Positions 50,129 through 60,772 of a DNA stretch of 64,000 nt are shown here, one piece after another (the stretch's first letter is position 1; every line of letters begins with the position of its first letter). Origin of the DNA: a virus. The position numbers were made by a program, and so were the translations under genes. Below the pieces are notes generated by a model that was given only the letters and a program-made list of their open reading frames with translations, did not search any database and was not told where the DNA came from. The DNA lies in IMG/VR virus record IMGVR_UViG_3300043598_000012, positions 16,881-80,880 of that record; one strand, given 5' to 3'.

Positions 50129-50530
50129 GTGTCTACCAACCCCAACTATGCGTCGGTCAACCCGAGAACTAACACCGGGACGATCTTAACCGCCAACACT
50201 GCACGAGATGGCACTGGTACAGGACCAGCAACACCTATCTTCACAGGAGCTGCATCTGGTTCCAAAGTGGAAGAGATCAGGGTCAAGGCTACCGCAGCGA
50301 TCGCAGTTGCTGGTATGGTCCGTATCTATATCTACGACGGATCTGGTACAGATGCCGCCTTGCTCACCGAGTTCCCGGTTCCTGTTACAGCTGCCGACGC
50401 TGACACAGCCACGTTCGAAGACTCCAAGAAGTTTGACAACTTGCTCCTTCAGTCTGGGTTCTCGATAACAGCTTCTACGGAGAAGGGCGACGCCTTCAAG
50501 GTGCACGTTTCTGGCGCGGACTTCGCCTAG
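50129..50530 (+). CDS. Putative virion structural protein
   Basis: Beta-rich, Thr/Ala-rich; module context. Confidence 0.55.
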   Translation: MSTNPNYASVNPRTNTGTILTANTARDGTGTGPATPIFTGAASGSKVEEIRVKATAAIAVAGMVRIYIYDGSGTDAALLTEFPVPVTAADADTATFEDSKKFDNLLLQSGFSITASTEKGDAFKVHVSGADFA

Positions 50531-50533
50531 CCG

Positions 50534-52006
50534 ATGTCTAAGCGCGGCATTTATCGGGGGTTTGAACGGAGCCCTGATGGTCTTGAGCCAGATCTGACGT
50601 TCCGTCTTGAGACGGATTTCTATACGACAGAACCGCAACAAGTGCCAGTTAGTGTCGTGGGTCCTGTTGAACTGGGCCGTGCGGGACCCATCGAGTTCCG
50701 CGCCACCACAGATCGACCTCGCATTGAAGTCGAGGTGGCTTGCGAAACCACTGGGATTATGCATGCCCTATGGCAGGTGATCATTGGCCCAGGTTTGCCG
50801 TTCTCGCTGCATGGCGGCACCGTCTCAGGTGGGGTTGTGGGTACCACAACCCACGACATAGGCAAGGTGGCTGGCGAGTATGGTCAGGGCCAGATTGCAG
50901 CAACTATTTGGCCGGACGACGTGCATGAAGGCCAGATCGTCCGTTGCCAGGTCTTTACTGGCGTTGTTGGTTACGCTGCGCTGGTCTCAGGTCTAACGGT
51001 TGGCAATGTTGCTGTGCGGGTTATGCCCAACAACAAGAAGCTGTACGTGCTGCACGGAGCTGCCATTACGCCGATCATCCTGGGCCGTACGCTAGAGAAC
51101 CACGCGAACGCCACCATCGCTGGCGAGTACATACCGGCTGTGCCGTATGTAACCGGCGGAGCTGCGGATGTGGTCTTCAAATCTGATAGTAGTCGAGCCT
51201 ACGTTTCAGACTGGTTTGGGGCTGTTCCGCAAGTTGTGGTGGTTGACACATTGACCGATAGAGTGCTGACTGTGATCCCAGGATTCTCACCGATCGGGAT
51301 GGCGATAACGGATGATGACTCCAAGGTCTTTGTGTGCACGGGGGCTGGGGCTAATGCCATCAAGATCATCAACACAACTACCCACGCCGTCACTACCCAG
51401 TCACTTGCAAGCACTTCAGTGGTTAGTGCCCAGTGCGAGATAAGTCCCGACGGAACCAAGCTCGCTGTGGCGACTGGTGGTGGAAGTGGCGTTACCAACC
51501 GTGTTTATGTCTACACGGTTGGGACAGGCGGCACTACTTGGACATTGCTGGCTACGTGTGTGGTTGGGGGAGCTGACTCGTTCCCTGGACCGATCGCATG
51601 GGAAGGTAACAACGTTGTTTGGGCTCCTTACGAGACCTTGAATGCTGTTTATCGCTGCCAGGTCGATACACAAGGCGTCTCTTCGTTCGCCTTCACCGGA
51701 GCTAATTGCGTGGCAGTGACTGGCAGCGGGTTGGGGAAGAGCTTGTTCGTCACTAGTGCCACCAACACTGACCGCATGGCCTACTACGTCCTCCCGAGCT
51801 CCAGTGCCGTTGCACCAACCAAGTACGACAATGCCAACCTGTTTGACATGTACAGCGTCCAGCTCTCCAGTGACGATTTCATCTACCAGGGCACAGACGA
51901 TGGACAGGTCTACATTAACCAGGGTGGTCAGATATGGTGTAGACCAAATTCTGGGTTCTGGGGCGAAGGTGTAACAGTCCGTGTGTTTGGGGGTGAGCCG
52001 GTATGA
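50534..52006 (+). CDS. Beta-propeller (YVTN/YncE-like) protein, candidate receptor-binding protein
   Basis: Repeats such as VVVVDTLT...PIGMAITDDDSKVFV and ISPDGTKLAVA. Confidence 0.65.
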   Translation: MSKRGIYRGFERSPDGLEPDLTFRLETDFYTTEPQQVPVSVVGPVELGRAGPIEFRATTDRPRIEVEVACETTGIMHALWQVIIGPGLPFSLHGGTVSGGVVGTTTHDIGKVAGEYGQGQIAATIWPDDVHEGQIVRCQVFTGVVGYAALVSGLTVGNVAVRVMPNNKKLYVLHGAAITPIILGRTLENHANATIAGEYIPAVPYVTGGAADVVFKSDSSRAYVSDWFGAVPQVVVVDTLTDRVLTVIPGFSPIGMAITDDDSKVFVCTGAGANAIKIINTTTHAVTTQSLASTSVVSAQCEISPDGTKLAVATGGGSGVTNRVYVYTVGTGGTTWTLLATCVVGGADSFPGPIAWEGNNVVWAPYETLNAVYRCQVDTQGVSSFAFTGANCVAVTGSGLGKSLFVTSATNTDRMAYYVLPSSSAVAPTKYDNANLFDMYSVQLSSDDFIYQGTDDGQVYINQGGQIWCRPNSGFWGEGVTVRVFGGEPV

Positions 52007-52728
52007 GCATGCTCAGCGAGCACGAGTCTTTGACAACTGCCCATGGCATCATTAACCCTAACGACCTATGGAACCAGTACGACTCAATGGCGCGCTGGCA
52101 GGCCATTGCTGGGGCAACCACCTTGTCTACGGTAGGTCAGTCCACGATCGGGATGCCCGCTCCAACTGTCCGGGGCACTCCGGCCAACGCCGACAATGGC
52201 TCAGGGGCACTTATCGCCTACCCCACCACTGGTGTCAATAACAATGTCGCTGGCATCAACTCGGCAGCTGCTGCGTACCGAGCGACATGGCTCCCTTCAG
52301 TGGCTTTCGTTGGCAGGTTTGGGGCGCTGATCACCAACTACCGTCTTTGGGTTGGGTTGTTCTCGGCGGACCCATCTGGCTCTGCTACTGCACCAGCTCA
52401 CACAGCCGGGTTCCGGTTCGATACGGGTGCCGGGGACACAACGTTCAAGGCTGTAACCAAAGATGCGACCACAGCCACTGTCCTTGAGACGGGGTACGTG
52501 CCTCAGGCTGATGGCCAGTTCAATCTTGGCATTGAACTCGCTGGCGTCGTTGGAGTTGCTCCTCAACGAGCCAACTTCTACATCAACAGGGTTAAGGTGC
52601 AAACCACGACCCTGACCCTTCCGGTGTCGGCAACCACGAATCTTCTGTTCTATTGCTCGCTGACGAACCTGTCGGCTGCCACGCACACGATTCGGGTTGG
52701 CCGAGTCTCCATCGCAACACAAGGCTAG
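52003..52728 (+). CDS. Putative lectin-like/beta-sandwich virion protein
   Basis: Beta-rich, ...NFYINRV pattern; module context. Confidence 0.5.
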   Translation: MSMLSEHESLTTAHGIINPNDLWNQYDSMARWQAIAGATTLSTVGQSTIGMPAPTVRGTPANADNGSGALIAYPTTGVNNNVAGINSAAAAYRATWLPSVAFVGRFGALITNYRLWVGLFSADPSGSATAPAHTAGFRFDTGAGDTTFKAVTKDATTATVLETGYVPQADGQFNLGIELAGVVGVAPQRANFYINRVKVQTTTLTLPVSATTNLLFYCSLTNLSAATHTIRVGRVSIATQG

Positions 52729-52733
52729 TCTCC

Positions 52734-53414
52734 ATGGCTCGTTACTTGCACAATGATGGCAATTGGGAATTGCTCAACGCACCTGACGTGCCCGACGTCT
52801 TTACCCCCTCGTTGGTGCAGAGTAAGTCTAGTGCCATGTGGGCCACAACACCTTCTGCAACGGTGAGCTTTGATGTTCTTCCTTCTGCTGGGAATCTCAT
52901 TGTGGCTGCTGCGGTAAGTCGACATGTTCATGCAACGGTTACCCCACCAGTAGAGCTGACAGAGCTCGTTGTTGGCCTAAACAGCACAGAGAATGACTTT
53001 GCAGCCATCTATGCAGGCTTGTCTGATGGTAGCAACGGGTTTCAGTGGGACTACACCGTCAATGACGTGTTGGCAGTGTGGCTTGCTGAGTTTTCGGGAG
53101 ATTGGACTTCCGTGGTTGCAGAGTCAACAACTTCACGCAGTCGGCAAAGTGACACTGGCGGGGCCATTGGCGCGCTCACCATTGCTCAGCCTTCGCTGGT
53201 AATCGCCTGCATGGGAGCGAGGTTGGATGTGGACGGAACTTGGGACTCTCCCCTGTCTCCGGTAGCAGACCTTTTCCATACAGGCACTGGCAGTGAGCCT
53301 ACAACCAATTTAACTTCGGTCGTTCTTGAGCGTTCATCTAACGTCACACCCACTGTGACCCTATCTGGTTCAGCGGTCAACTTCGCTTCTGCTGTTGCCA
53401 TCAAAATCCAATGA
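52734..53414 (+). CDS. Putative minor tail/fibre protein
   Basis: PSLVQS...AGNLIVA...EFSG pattern seen in phage fibre domains. Confidence 0.55.
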   Translation: MARYLHNDGNWELLNAPDVPDVFTPSLVQSKSSAMWATTPSATVSFDVLPSAGNLIVAAAVSRHVHATVTPPVELTELVVGLNSTENDFAAIYAGLSDGSNGFQWDYTVNDVLAVWLAEFSGDWTSVVAESTTSRSRQSDTGGAIGALTIAQPSLVIACMGARLDVDGTWDSPLSPVADLFHTGTGSEPTTNLTSVVLERSSNVTPTVTLSGSAVNFASAVAIKIQ

Positions 53415-54919
53415 GTAGAACCCAAGAGCTCGCTCTAGTTGATGGTTCCCAGCTTCTTCACCGAGACGGGTCGTGGGACCATGCTCATGTCTCACCCAGT
53501 TCTAGTGGTACTCCAGTTGGCGACACGCTGGCTTTTCAATGGTCGGTCAGAGCTGCTCTTGGAGATACGGTTAACCATAGATGGTCGGTAAGGTCTTTAC
53601 TGGGCGACACTACAGATGAGCGTTGGTCGGTTCGCCTTCCACTGGGAGATGCTTTTGACAACAGGTGGTCTTTGAGATCTGTTGTTGGGGATGGCAGTGA
53701 TGTCAGGTGGGCAGTGCGAACTGTTCGGGGGGATCCGCTTGATGCACGTTGGTCGGTTAGAGCCCAACAGGGTGACGCTGTTGGTGTGCGCTGGAGTTTG
53801 CGAAGCTTCACTGGAAATTTAAATGCTCTGTTGTGGGCTGAGAGGTCTTTGCAGGGCGATGTTTCTGATTTTCGTTGGTCAGATCGATCAAATGTTGGTG
53901 ACGCAGCGGACATCCGCTGGAGTGATCGTCAGATTTCCAGTGACACTGTCGGGTTGCTTTGGTCGCTTCTTCAGCCGACAGGAGATGCCTTGGGTGCTCT
54001 GTGGTCGTTGTTGGGTGCGGCGGGTGAACAACTGGACAATCAGTGGAGTGATCGAGCTGCGTTGGGACGCGACTTTATTGGTCCCTGGTCAGTTTTCAGT
54101 TTGCTTGGAGATCAAACTGAATTTCAGTGGGTAGAGAGGGGGTTGGCTGTTGGTCCTGTTGGGCTTATTTGGGGTGTCAGGACAAATGTTGGCGGTCTTC
54201 TAGATCTAGATTGGGCTGTGCGCCTTTTGACTGGCGAAGCAGCTGATTACCACTGGATGTTGGCGGGTGTTGCCGGTGTGGAGTTGGATGCGCCCTGGTC
54301 ACTCACAGGGACGGTGGGTGAAGTTTTGATCGCTCCTTGGTCGTTGCTTTTGGTAACAAACACAAAAATGGATCTTTTCTGGGGACTGTTGGTATCTGTC
54401 CATGACACGCTAGAGAACGCTTGGTCTTTGGCGGGGTTGGCTTCAGCATTAACTTCACCATATTGGTCTGTTCGTCAGCTGGCTGTTGATTCGCTGAGGA
54501 CTCAGTGGGACGTGCTTTCGGGGTTCTCTGTTTCAAACACGTTGACATCGCACTGGTCGGTTAAGTCCCTGGCCGATAACGAACTTGTCTTTAACTGGTC
54601 ACTCAGAGACGCATTGGCTGACATCTTGCAGGTTCGCTGGGACACCCACTCTGTTGTGGCAGATTTGCTTACAGCACATTGGTCGCTGTACGGCCGAGCC
54701 AGTCAGCAGGCGGAATTGCTGTGGGGCATTCGGGCTCGCTTGGGCGACGCACTCTTCGTGCAGTGGATGTTGCAGAGCACCACACCTTATGTGTCTTGGG
54801 CGATCGTCAGTGAGTTGATCTCGAACAGGTTCGTTGCTACTAGGGTCTACAACCGCATGACCGTCGATAGTGTTGAACAGAGAGTTGCAGTTCGAGATTT
54901 GAGGAGTGTGAACAGTTGA
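53411..54919 (+). CDS. Fibrous protein with about 30 tandem 14-aa Trp repeats
   Basis: W every 14 residues (WSVRAALGDTVNHR-WSVRSLLGDTTDER-...). Confidence 0.75.
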   Translation: MSRTQELALVDGSQLLHRDGSWDHAHVSPSSSGTPVGDTLAFQWSVRAALGDTVNHRWSVRSLLGDTTDERWSVRLPLGDAFDNRWSLRSVVGDGSDVRWAVRTVRGDPLDARWSVRAQQGDAVGVRWSLRSFTGNLNALLWAERSLQGDVSDFRWSDRSNVGDAADIRWSDRQISSDTVGLLWSLLQPTGDALGALWSLLGAAGEQLDNQWSDRAALGRDFIGPWSVFSLLGDQTEFQWVERGLAVGPVGLIWGVRTNVGGLLDLDWAVRLLTGEAADYHWMLAGVAGVELDAPWSLTGTVGEVLIAPWSLLLVTNTKMDLFWGLLVSVHDTLENAWSLAGLASALTSPYWSVRQLAVDSLRTQWDVLSGFSVSNTLTSHWSVKSLADNELVFNWSLRDALADILQVRWDTHSVVADLLTAHWSLYGRASQQAELLWGIRARLGDALFVQWMLQSTTPYVSWAIVSELISNRFVATRVYNRMTVDSVEQRVAVRDLRSVNS

Positions 54920-55233
54920 CGCAGGCCACGATCCAGCGGGAATCGCAAGAGAGCCTTCTGGTCACGGTTGTGGCAGATGTCGACCCCACTTCCTATGACG
55001 TCGAGTTTTGTGCTGTGGCGTTAGGAGAGCGTCCGGATACCTGGGTTGAGGCAGCTTGGTACCCACCGGTGGTCCAGCGCAGGGACGGCAAGTTCGAGGT
55101 GCGAGTGAAGACGCCTCGCTTGGGAGAAGATGGTGAGGTGGCACTCGAAACGGGGGCTTACGAAACCTACGTGCGCATCACTAGTGGCCCCGAGATCTTC
55201 GTCCTAGAGTCAGGCTCACTCTCCGTAGAGTGA
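54916..55233 (+). CDS. Small Ig-like (BppU-N-like) adaptor protein
   Basis: Beta-rich 105 aa ending GAYETYVRIT...SGSLSVE; follows the fibre gene. Confidence 0.5.
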   Translation: MTQATIQRESQESLLVTVVADVDPTSYDVEFCAVALGERPDTWVEAAWYPPVVQRRDGKFEVRVKTPRLGEDGEVALETGAYETYVRITSGPEIFVLESGSLSVE

Positions 55234-55258
55234 GGAAGCAGCCAACCAAGGAGAAGCC

Positions 55259-55489
55259 ATGAGCTGGTCAGACTACAACCCCTTGAACATCCTCAAGCAG
55301 GCGCCCACCGCCATCAAGACCTTCGTCTTGCTGATCTTGACTGCCCTGGTCGTTCGTGGAACCATCCATGCCAGCGATGAAGAGATCGCCATTTGGGGGT
55401 TGATCATCGAGCGCGGTCTGGAGCTCATGTACGTTGCTCCGGCCAAGGAAGCCAAGCTCAAGGCAGATCTGACTGAGCTCAGCGGCTAG
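55259..55489 (+). CDS. Small membrane protein, possible holin
   Basis: Two hydrophobic segments, charged C-terminus, AAGGAG RBS. Confidence 0.5.
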   Translation: MSWSDYNPLNILKQAPTAIKTFVLLILTALVVRGTIHASDEEIAIWGLIIERGLELMYVAPAKEAKLKADLTELSG

Positions 55490-55736
55490 CGACAGTGCCT
55501 TACGCCAAGGAGGAGAACCTTGCCGTTGAGGTGGGCGAGGAGTGCGTTAGCCTGTCCCAGCGGACGAGGTTCACGGCAGCCGAGCTTCAGGAGACGGCTC
55601 GCTACATCTTTGGGTGCGGCGAGACCTTAGACACCTTCCGTAAGGTGGTCATGTTCTCCCAGCAAGCTGGCGGTTCGCCAGTGGCTGTGGCCATCTTGCT
55701 GAACGAGCTTGCTTTCGAGAACGGGAGAGCCACTTA

Positions 55737-57452
55737 GTGCCAGGACCCCAGCGCATGCCGCATCTTGCAGATGCCAAGGGCATGCTCAGTCAGCTTCAGG
55801 ATAACACGCGGGTCCTCCGCGACCGTTACAAGGACGACCCCGTGGGGTTGGCCGAGCGACTTGGGTTGATGTTGCCAGAGAAGCCGCTGGTCAAGATGAA
55901 GCGACTCGGCCTCTACGACGCAGAGGTTCATGGGCCGATCTTTCCTGGCCTTCGAGATCTCATCATCGAAGTCTGTACTGGCGAGGTAGAGGATGCCGTG
56001 GTGGTTGGCCCTCGTGGCGGTGGCAAGAGCCAGGGAGTCTCCTTCATCGAGTTCTTCCTGTGGTGGGTTCGCTTCTTCGACTGTCTGAACCTGGGTGGCT
56101 CCGAGCTCCAGGCTGCGCAGGTCTATGCCTACTTGGAGGAGTACCTCAACAAGGATCCCGAGTTCAAGGAGTTCGTCAAGGGCGAGGCGCTTCAGTCCAA
56201 GACCGAGAGTAAGAAGAACAACTGGATCCGGGTGCTTACTGCCTCCCAGAAGAGCACTCGATCCCCGCATGCTGGCTCCACCAACCCAGACCGTGGTGGT
56301 CTGCTCGTAATTGACGAGGAAGCTGAGGCCGACCCCGACATCGTGGCTTCTGCCCTGCCGACGATCAACACGGCCAACCCGTCAGTGAGCGTGCGTAGTT
56401 CTACCTTCCACAACGCTACCGGTTCGTTTGCTGAAGTTGTTGATAACCATAAGGAGATGGGCTACAAGCTCTACCGATGGGATGTCTTCGACATCTGCCA
56501 GAGGTGTGAGTGCGCGGACACATGCAAGAACTCTGAGCCGTGCTTCCGAGAAGATCACTACGAAGAGGCAGAGAACCCTGAGACTGGCGAGATGGAGAAC
56601 AAGCTCAAGCACCGTGCGTACTGCGGTGGGCGAGCCATGTACGCCGACGGATGGATGCCAGTCGTTGAGATCGAGAAACTCTGGCGCCGCTCCCGCCGTA
56701 ACCACGCCTTCTTCGAAGTGGAGGCTATGGGGTCTCGCCCCACCACGGCGGGCTACGTCATCAAGGACCAGCAGCGGTACAACAGCCTCATCGCGTCAAT
56801 GCCTGCGGCCTCGTTCTACCGGCCCGGTGATCCAGTGTGGATCTGTGTCGACTGGGGATCTGTCAACTGCGGACTCTCTGTTTGGCAGTACCATCCGCTG
56901 ACCGACAAGCACGTGCGGTTGGAGGCTGAGCAGATCCAAGAGCAGAGTGAGACGTTCATCCTCAACCAGGTGCTGATGTATGCGCACCGCTACGCCAACG
57001 AGCTCCAAGGCATCCGAGGAGACATCGGTGGCGGTGGAGATTACTTCAACCCCAAGCTCCGCAACGAGTACGGGTTGCCGGTCGAGGACATCAACTTCAA
57101 GCAAGACAAAGAAGCTGCTGCGGTAGTCTGGAACATCTTCAACGACGCCGGTCTTTGCATTTACCCGGAAGAGCATGAGATCGCCAACGAGCAGATCCGC
57201 AAGTGGAAGCGTGGCGTTGACGGCAAGATCAAGAAGGGCAACGACCACATCTGTGACACGGGGATCTGCTACTTCTCCCGGCTGATCGATGACATGGGGG
57301 TGCAGCGACAGAGGTTCGCACCACAGACCTTTGATGCCGGGATGCCTGATCCTCTGGAGCGGACCATCATGGAGGGTGCACGCAGGGTGATGAATCATGG
57401 TAGTCGAGTTCCAGTTGTTGTTGCCCTTGGTGGACCGCGACGCAGACTGTAG
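55737..57452 (+). CDS. terL: Terminase large subunit
   Basis: Walker A GPRGGGKS, Walker B LLVIDE, nuclease motifs CVDWG and NDHICD; upstream of portal. Confidence 0.9.
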   Translation: MPGPQRMPHLADAKGMLSQLQDNTRVLRDRYKDDPVGLAERLGLMLPEKPLVKMKRLGLYDAEVHGPIFPGLRDLIIEVCTGEVEDAVVVGPRGGGKSQGVSFIEFFLWWVRFFDCLNLGGSELQAAQVYAYLEEYLNKDPEFKEFVKGEALQSKTESKKNNWIRVLTASQKSTRSPHAGSTNPDRGGLLVIDEEAEADPDIVASALPTINTANPSVSVRSSTFHNATGSFAEVVDNHKEMGYKLYRWDVFDICQRCECADTCKNSEPCFREDHYEEAENPETGEMENKLKHRAYCGGRAMYADGWMPVVEIEKLWRRSRRNHAFFEVEAMGSRPTTAGYVIKDQQRYNSLIASMPAASFYRPGDPVWICVDWGSVNCGLSVWQYHPLTDKHVRLEAEQIQEQSETFILNQVLMYAHRYANELQGIRGDIGGGGDYFNPKLRNEYGLPVEDINFKQDKEAAAVVWNIFNDAGLCIYPEEHEIANEQIRKWKRGVDGKIKKGNDHICDTGICYFSRLIDDMGVQRQRFAPQTFDAGMPDPLERTIMEGARRVMNHGSRVPVVVALGGPRRRL

Positions 57453-57465
57453 ACACGGAGGCCTG

Positions 57466-58887
57466 ATGTCTAGGGAGAACTACGGAGCGATCGGTGCAGC
57501 GAAGGCGGCTCGTTCTTCTGCGCAGCCTGACTTCAACAACACTGCCAATCTGGTCACTGACCTCGTTGCAAGCTACAAGCCGCTCGGAAACCACTTGCCT
57601 TGGGTGGCGCTGGACTACGTCGAGCTCTTGGCGGTGTGGAACCCTGACTATGCTCAGGCGGTCGACAACATCAGGACGCTGGCGAACAGCGGTCACATCC
57701 TCTACACGCAGGATGGTGCCGACGATACGGCCTTGCGTTACCTTCTCCAGCTGAAGGCTCGTACGGTGCAGGCCAGGCATGGCGGTATCGACGGGCTCAT
57801 CGACAAACTGCTTTGGCAGGGAGCTACCTTCGGTGCCATGTGCGGCGAGTGGGTGACGGACGAGGATCTCAGTGATGTCGTCGACTTCCTCGACGTGTCG
57901 CCCAAGAGCATCCGCTTCATCTGGGAAGATGAGCATTGGGCTCCCTACCAGATGGTAGACTGGTCTGCTGCTCAGCGGGCAAGGCGTCAAGGGCAGACCG
58001 TGCGAGGCAACCTCGTCAAGCTCAACGAGGCCACCTTCCACTACTACGCCTTCAACGCAGAACCGAGCTCGCCCTACGGCACTCCCCCGTTCCTTGCCGC
58101 TCTGCCTGGCATCGCCATCCAGCGAGATCTGATCAAGAACATGGCGAAGATCGTGAAGAAGGTTGGTCTGCTGGGGATCCTCGACCTCACCATCGAACAG
58201 GTCCAGAAGAAGCCTGGTGAGACGGAGGACGACTTCCGTACTCGGGCCACCTCGTTCCTCCAGTCGTACGCGACGGCTGTCGAGGACATGGTCGAGACCG
58301 GTGGACTCGCTCACTTCGATGACGTGAAGCTGGAGACGCAGAGCATCGTTGGCAACGCTGCGGGCGCCACCAACATCTTTCGGCAGAATGAGGAGCTGAT
58401 CTTCTCGGGGTTGCGCTCCATGCCTTCGGTGCAGGGGCGCTCGTACTCAACTACCGAGACCTACGCTGGTGTGAGCTATGACATCATCATCCGCAACACG
58501 CTCAAGTACCAGCGGGCAGTCAAGCGTATGGTGGAGAGCGGCTACTGGCTGGCCGCGACGCTTCAGGGGTTCAACCCCGAGCGGATCTCCATCGAGTTCA
58601 ACCCAAACAAGACGCTCAACCGCCTGCACGACGCCAACAGCCAGCTGTTGGAGATTCGTTCTGCTCTGCTCCTTTGGGCCACGGGGATCGTCGATCAAGC
58701 GGGTGCTGCACAGCTGCTCGGTTACAACGATTCAGCCAAGAAGATGGAGGAGCCTCCGGACTCTCCGCTCATTCGAGCTGCTGGAGAGGGCAACGTCAAC
58801 GAGATGTTCAAGCAGATTGTGGATCGTCTTCAGGAGATCGATCACCAGATCCCCAAGGGCTCTACGCTGCTCGCAGAACCCGTCTAG
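57466..58887 (+). CDS. Portal protein
   Basis: Follows terL; about 470 aa; PYGTPPF motif; GGAGG RBS. Confidence 0.8.
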   Translation: MSRENYGAIGAAKAARSSAQPDFNNTANLVTDLVASYKPLGNHLPWVALDYVELLAVWNPDYAQAVDNIRTLANSGHILYTQDGADDTALRYLLQLKARTVQARHGGIDGLIDKLLWQGATFGAMCGEWVTDEDLSDVVDFLDVSPKSIRFIWEDEHWAPYQMVDWSAAQRARRQGQTVRGNLVKLNEATFHYYAFNAEPSSPYGTPPFLAALPGIAIQRDLIKNMAKIVKKVGLLGILDLTIEQVQKKPGETEDDFRTRATSFLQSYATAVEDMVETGGLAHFDDVKLETQSIVGNAAGATNIFRQNEELIFSGLRSMPSVQGRSYSTTETYAGVSYDIIIRNTLKYQRAVKRMVESGYWLAATLQGFNPERISIEFNPNKTLNRLHDANSQLLEIRSALLLWATGIVDQAGAAQLLGYNDSAKKMEEPPDSPLIRAAGEGNVNEMFKQIVDRLQEIDHQIPKGSTLLAEPV

Positions 58888-59060
58888 CGGGTTTTAGTTC
58901 CAAGAGCCCTAGGAGGTTCGCAAACAATGGGTGACGACAACAAAGATCAGAAGCTGAAGACGAAATCCGAGCGCCGCAAGGAAGCTGCCAAGGAAGGCAA
59001 GCAGAGCGCCAAGTCCGGCCATCAGCACCGTGAGACCAGCCGAGGGGAAGAGGTGTACAA

Positions 59061-60746
59061 GTGAGCAACATCCTGCTGAAGGACCGGCATCGCCCGGAGC
59101 GCAAGCTCGAAGAGGTCCTGGCTCAGCGAGCACCTCTTACCGAGCTCAAGATCAACAAGACCACGATCCACATCGGCAAGGAGGCGGGCATCTCCAAGGC
59201 CGAAGAGGAGCTGGAGCCGATCGAGGGTGGCGGCAGTACCGAACTGTTCCGGCCGTCCGACGAGCAGGTGGAGCTGATCAACCAGTACACCTACTCGCCG
59301 AAGACGGCCGAGGAGCTCGCGGTGTTCCCGGCGCATGCCTGCAACACGCTGTGGGATCGTGATGATGATCGATTCGTCCCCCAGACGTTGGCGGACTTCG
59401 ACACCAAGGACGCTCCGTTCAGCCCGCTGGGCAAGAGCTTCCTCATCGGCCACAACCACACCTCGTTGCCGGTCGGCAGGATCTTCGACAAGAGCGTCAA
59501 GCCTCTGTCGGGGGATGACGCCTACCTGGAGACCTGGCAGTACATCCCCAACACCGATCAGTACAAGGCCTACCTGGAGAACCTCGATTTCGGGATCTTC
59601 TGGGCCGTCTCGGTTGGTGTCATGTTCGACGGCGCCTCCTGCTCGGCCTGCCAGAAGGACTGGAGCTGGAACCCCTGGTTCTGCGTGGAGGGTCATGAGA
59701 AGGGCTTCCACTACGACCTCAAGAACGACGAGACGGATGACTACGGTTATCCGATCCCGTTGGAGGCCTACGACCCCAACCCTGAGAAGGGCGTCTTCTG
59801 CGGGCGGGAGTTCGTCGGTGGCAAGGACTTCTACGAGCTCTCGCAGGTCTACCTGGGGGCGCAGTACTTCGCTGAGGTCACCGACAAGGTCACTGCGCTC
59901 AAGAGCGTCGAGCCTGGCGGACAGCTCACGCTGAGCCGCGAGGAGACCAAGGCGCTGGAGCCCAAGACCGGCGACCGCATCGCTGAGGCCATCAAGAGCG
60001 GTCTCGAGATCGGCCTGTCTCCTGATGGCAACGCCGTTTGGCGGGATGCGGACGACCTGGTCTGGTACTACGACGTGACCAAGGAGTCCTACGCATCGCT
60101 TGGTCGAGCGGACAGCGAGTGGGCCAACACGGTTGTGTTGCTCGACTCCAGCAAGACCCCCAAGCCTCCCCTTTCCGAAGAGGATGGCGACCGCAAGTCC
60201 AAGATGAAGCAGGACGACAAGGAGACCAAGGTGCCGAAGACCGCTCTCATCACCGCTGCTTCCGAAGCTGAGCTGCCTGCCAGCCTGCTGGAGAAGATCG
60301 CTGAGGCTGAAGACGACGACGGTGCGCTCAAGGCGTTCTGCTCTTCTGTCAGCGAGTCGCTCAAGGAAGCGGAGGCCAAGCTGGCCGATGCCGACGTCAA
60401 GGTGGCCCAGGCCAAGGAGCTCGGCGAGCTCGGCGAGCAGTACGTGAAGAACCTTCGCCAGGACGTCATCGACATGTACGTCAAGGCTCACCAGGATCCG
60501 CAGGATCCTCAGAAGGTCAGCACTGACACCGTCATGAAGCTGGTCGACGCTTGCGGCAACAACGTCGACCTTCTCAAGTCCCTGCACGCCGACTACCTGA
60601 ACACGGCGCAAGCCAAGTTCCCGGAGACGGTGGGCGTGCGGCGGAGCGTCCAGCCGGACGACCCCCATCGAGGTGCCGATCCTGCTGACGACAAGTCAGC
60701 TCCGAGCGCCACCCCGACCACCGGAGCCAGCCGTCTCCACGGCTGA
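59061..60746 (+). CDS. Prohead protease/scaffold fusion
   Basis: GH...GRIF, VSVG, CSAC, YELSQVYLGAQ protease motifs plus coiled-coil C-terminus. Confidence 0.8.
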   Translation: MSNILLKDRHRPERKLEEVLAQRAPLTELKINKTTIHIGKEAGISKAEEELEPIEGGGSTELFRPSDEQVELINQYTYSPKTAEELAVFPAHACNTLWDRDDDRFVPQTLADFDTKDAPFSPLGKSFLIGHNHTSLPVGRIFDKSVKPLSGDDAYLETWQYIPNTDQYKAYLENLDFGIFWAVSVGVMFDGASCSACQKDWSWNPWFCVEGHEKGFHYDLKNDETDDYGYPIPLEAYDPNPEKGVFCGREFVGGKDFYELSQVYLGAQYFAEVTDKVTALKSVEPGGQLTLSREETKALEPKTGDRIAEAIKSGLEIGLSPDGNAVWRDADDLVWYYDVTKESYASLGRADSEWANTVVLLDSSKTPKPPLSEEDGDRKSKMKQDDKETKVPKTALITAASEAELPASLLEKIAEAEDDDGALKAFCSSVSESLKEAEAKLADADVKVAQAKELGELGEQYVKNLRQDVIDMYVKAHQDPQDPQKVSTDTVMKLVDACGNNVDLLKSLHADYLNTAQAKFPETVGVRRSVQPDDPHRGADPADDKSAPSATPTTGASRLHG

Positions 60747-60772
60747 CCCAAGAGAGCCAGAGGAGTAGACCT

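Noticed and set aside
59022-60668. Long minus-strand ORFs (for example 548 aa here and 355 aa at 38270-39337)
   Set aside because: These are antisense shadows of GC3-biased plus-strand genes, with no recognisable motifs or RBS
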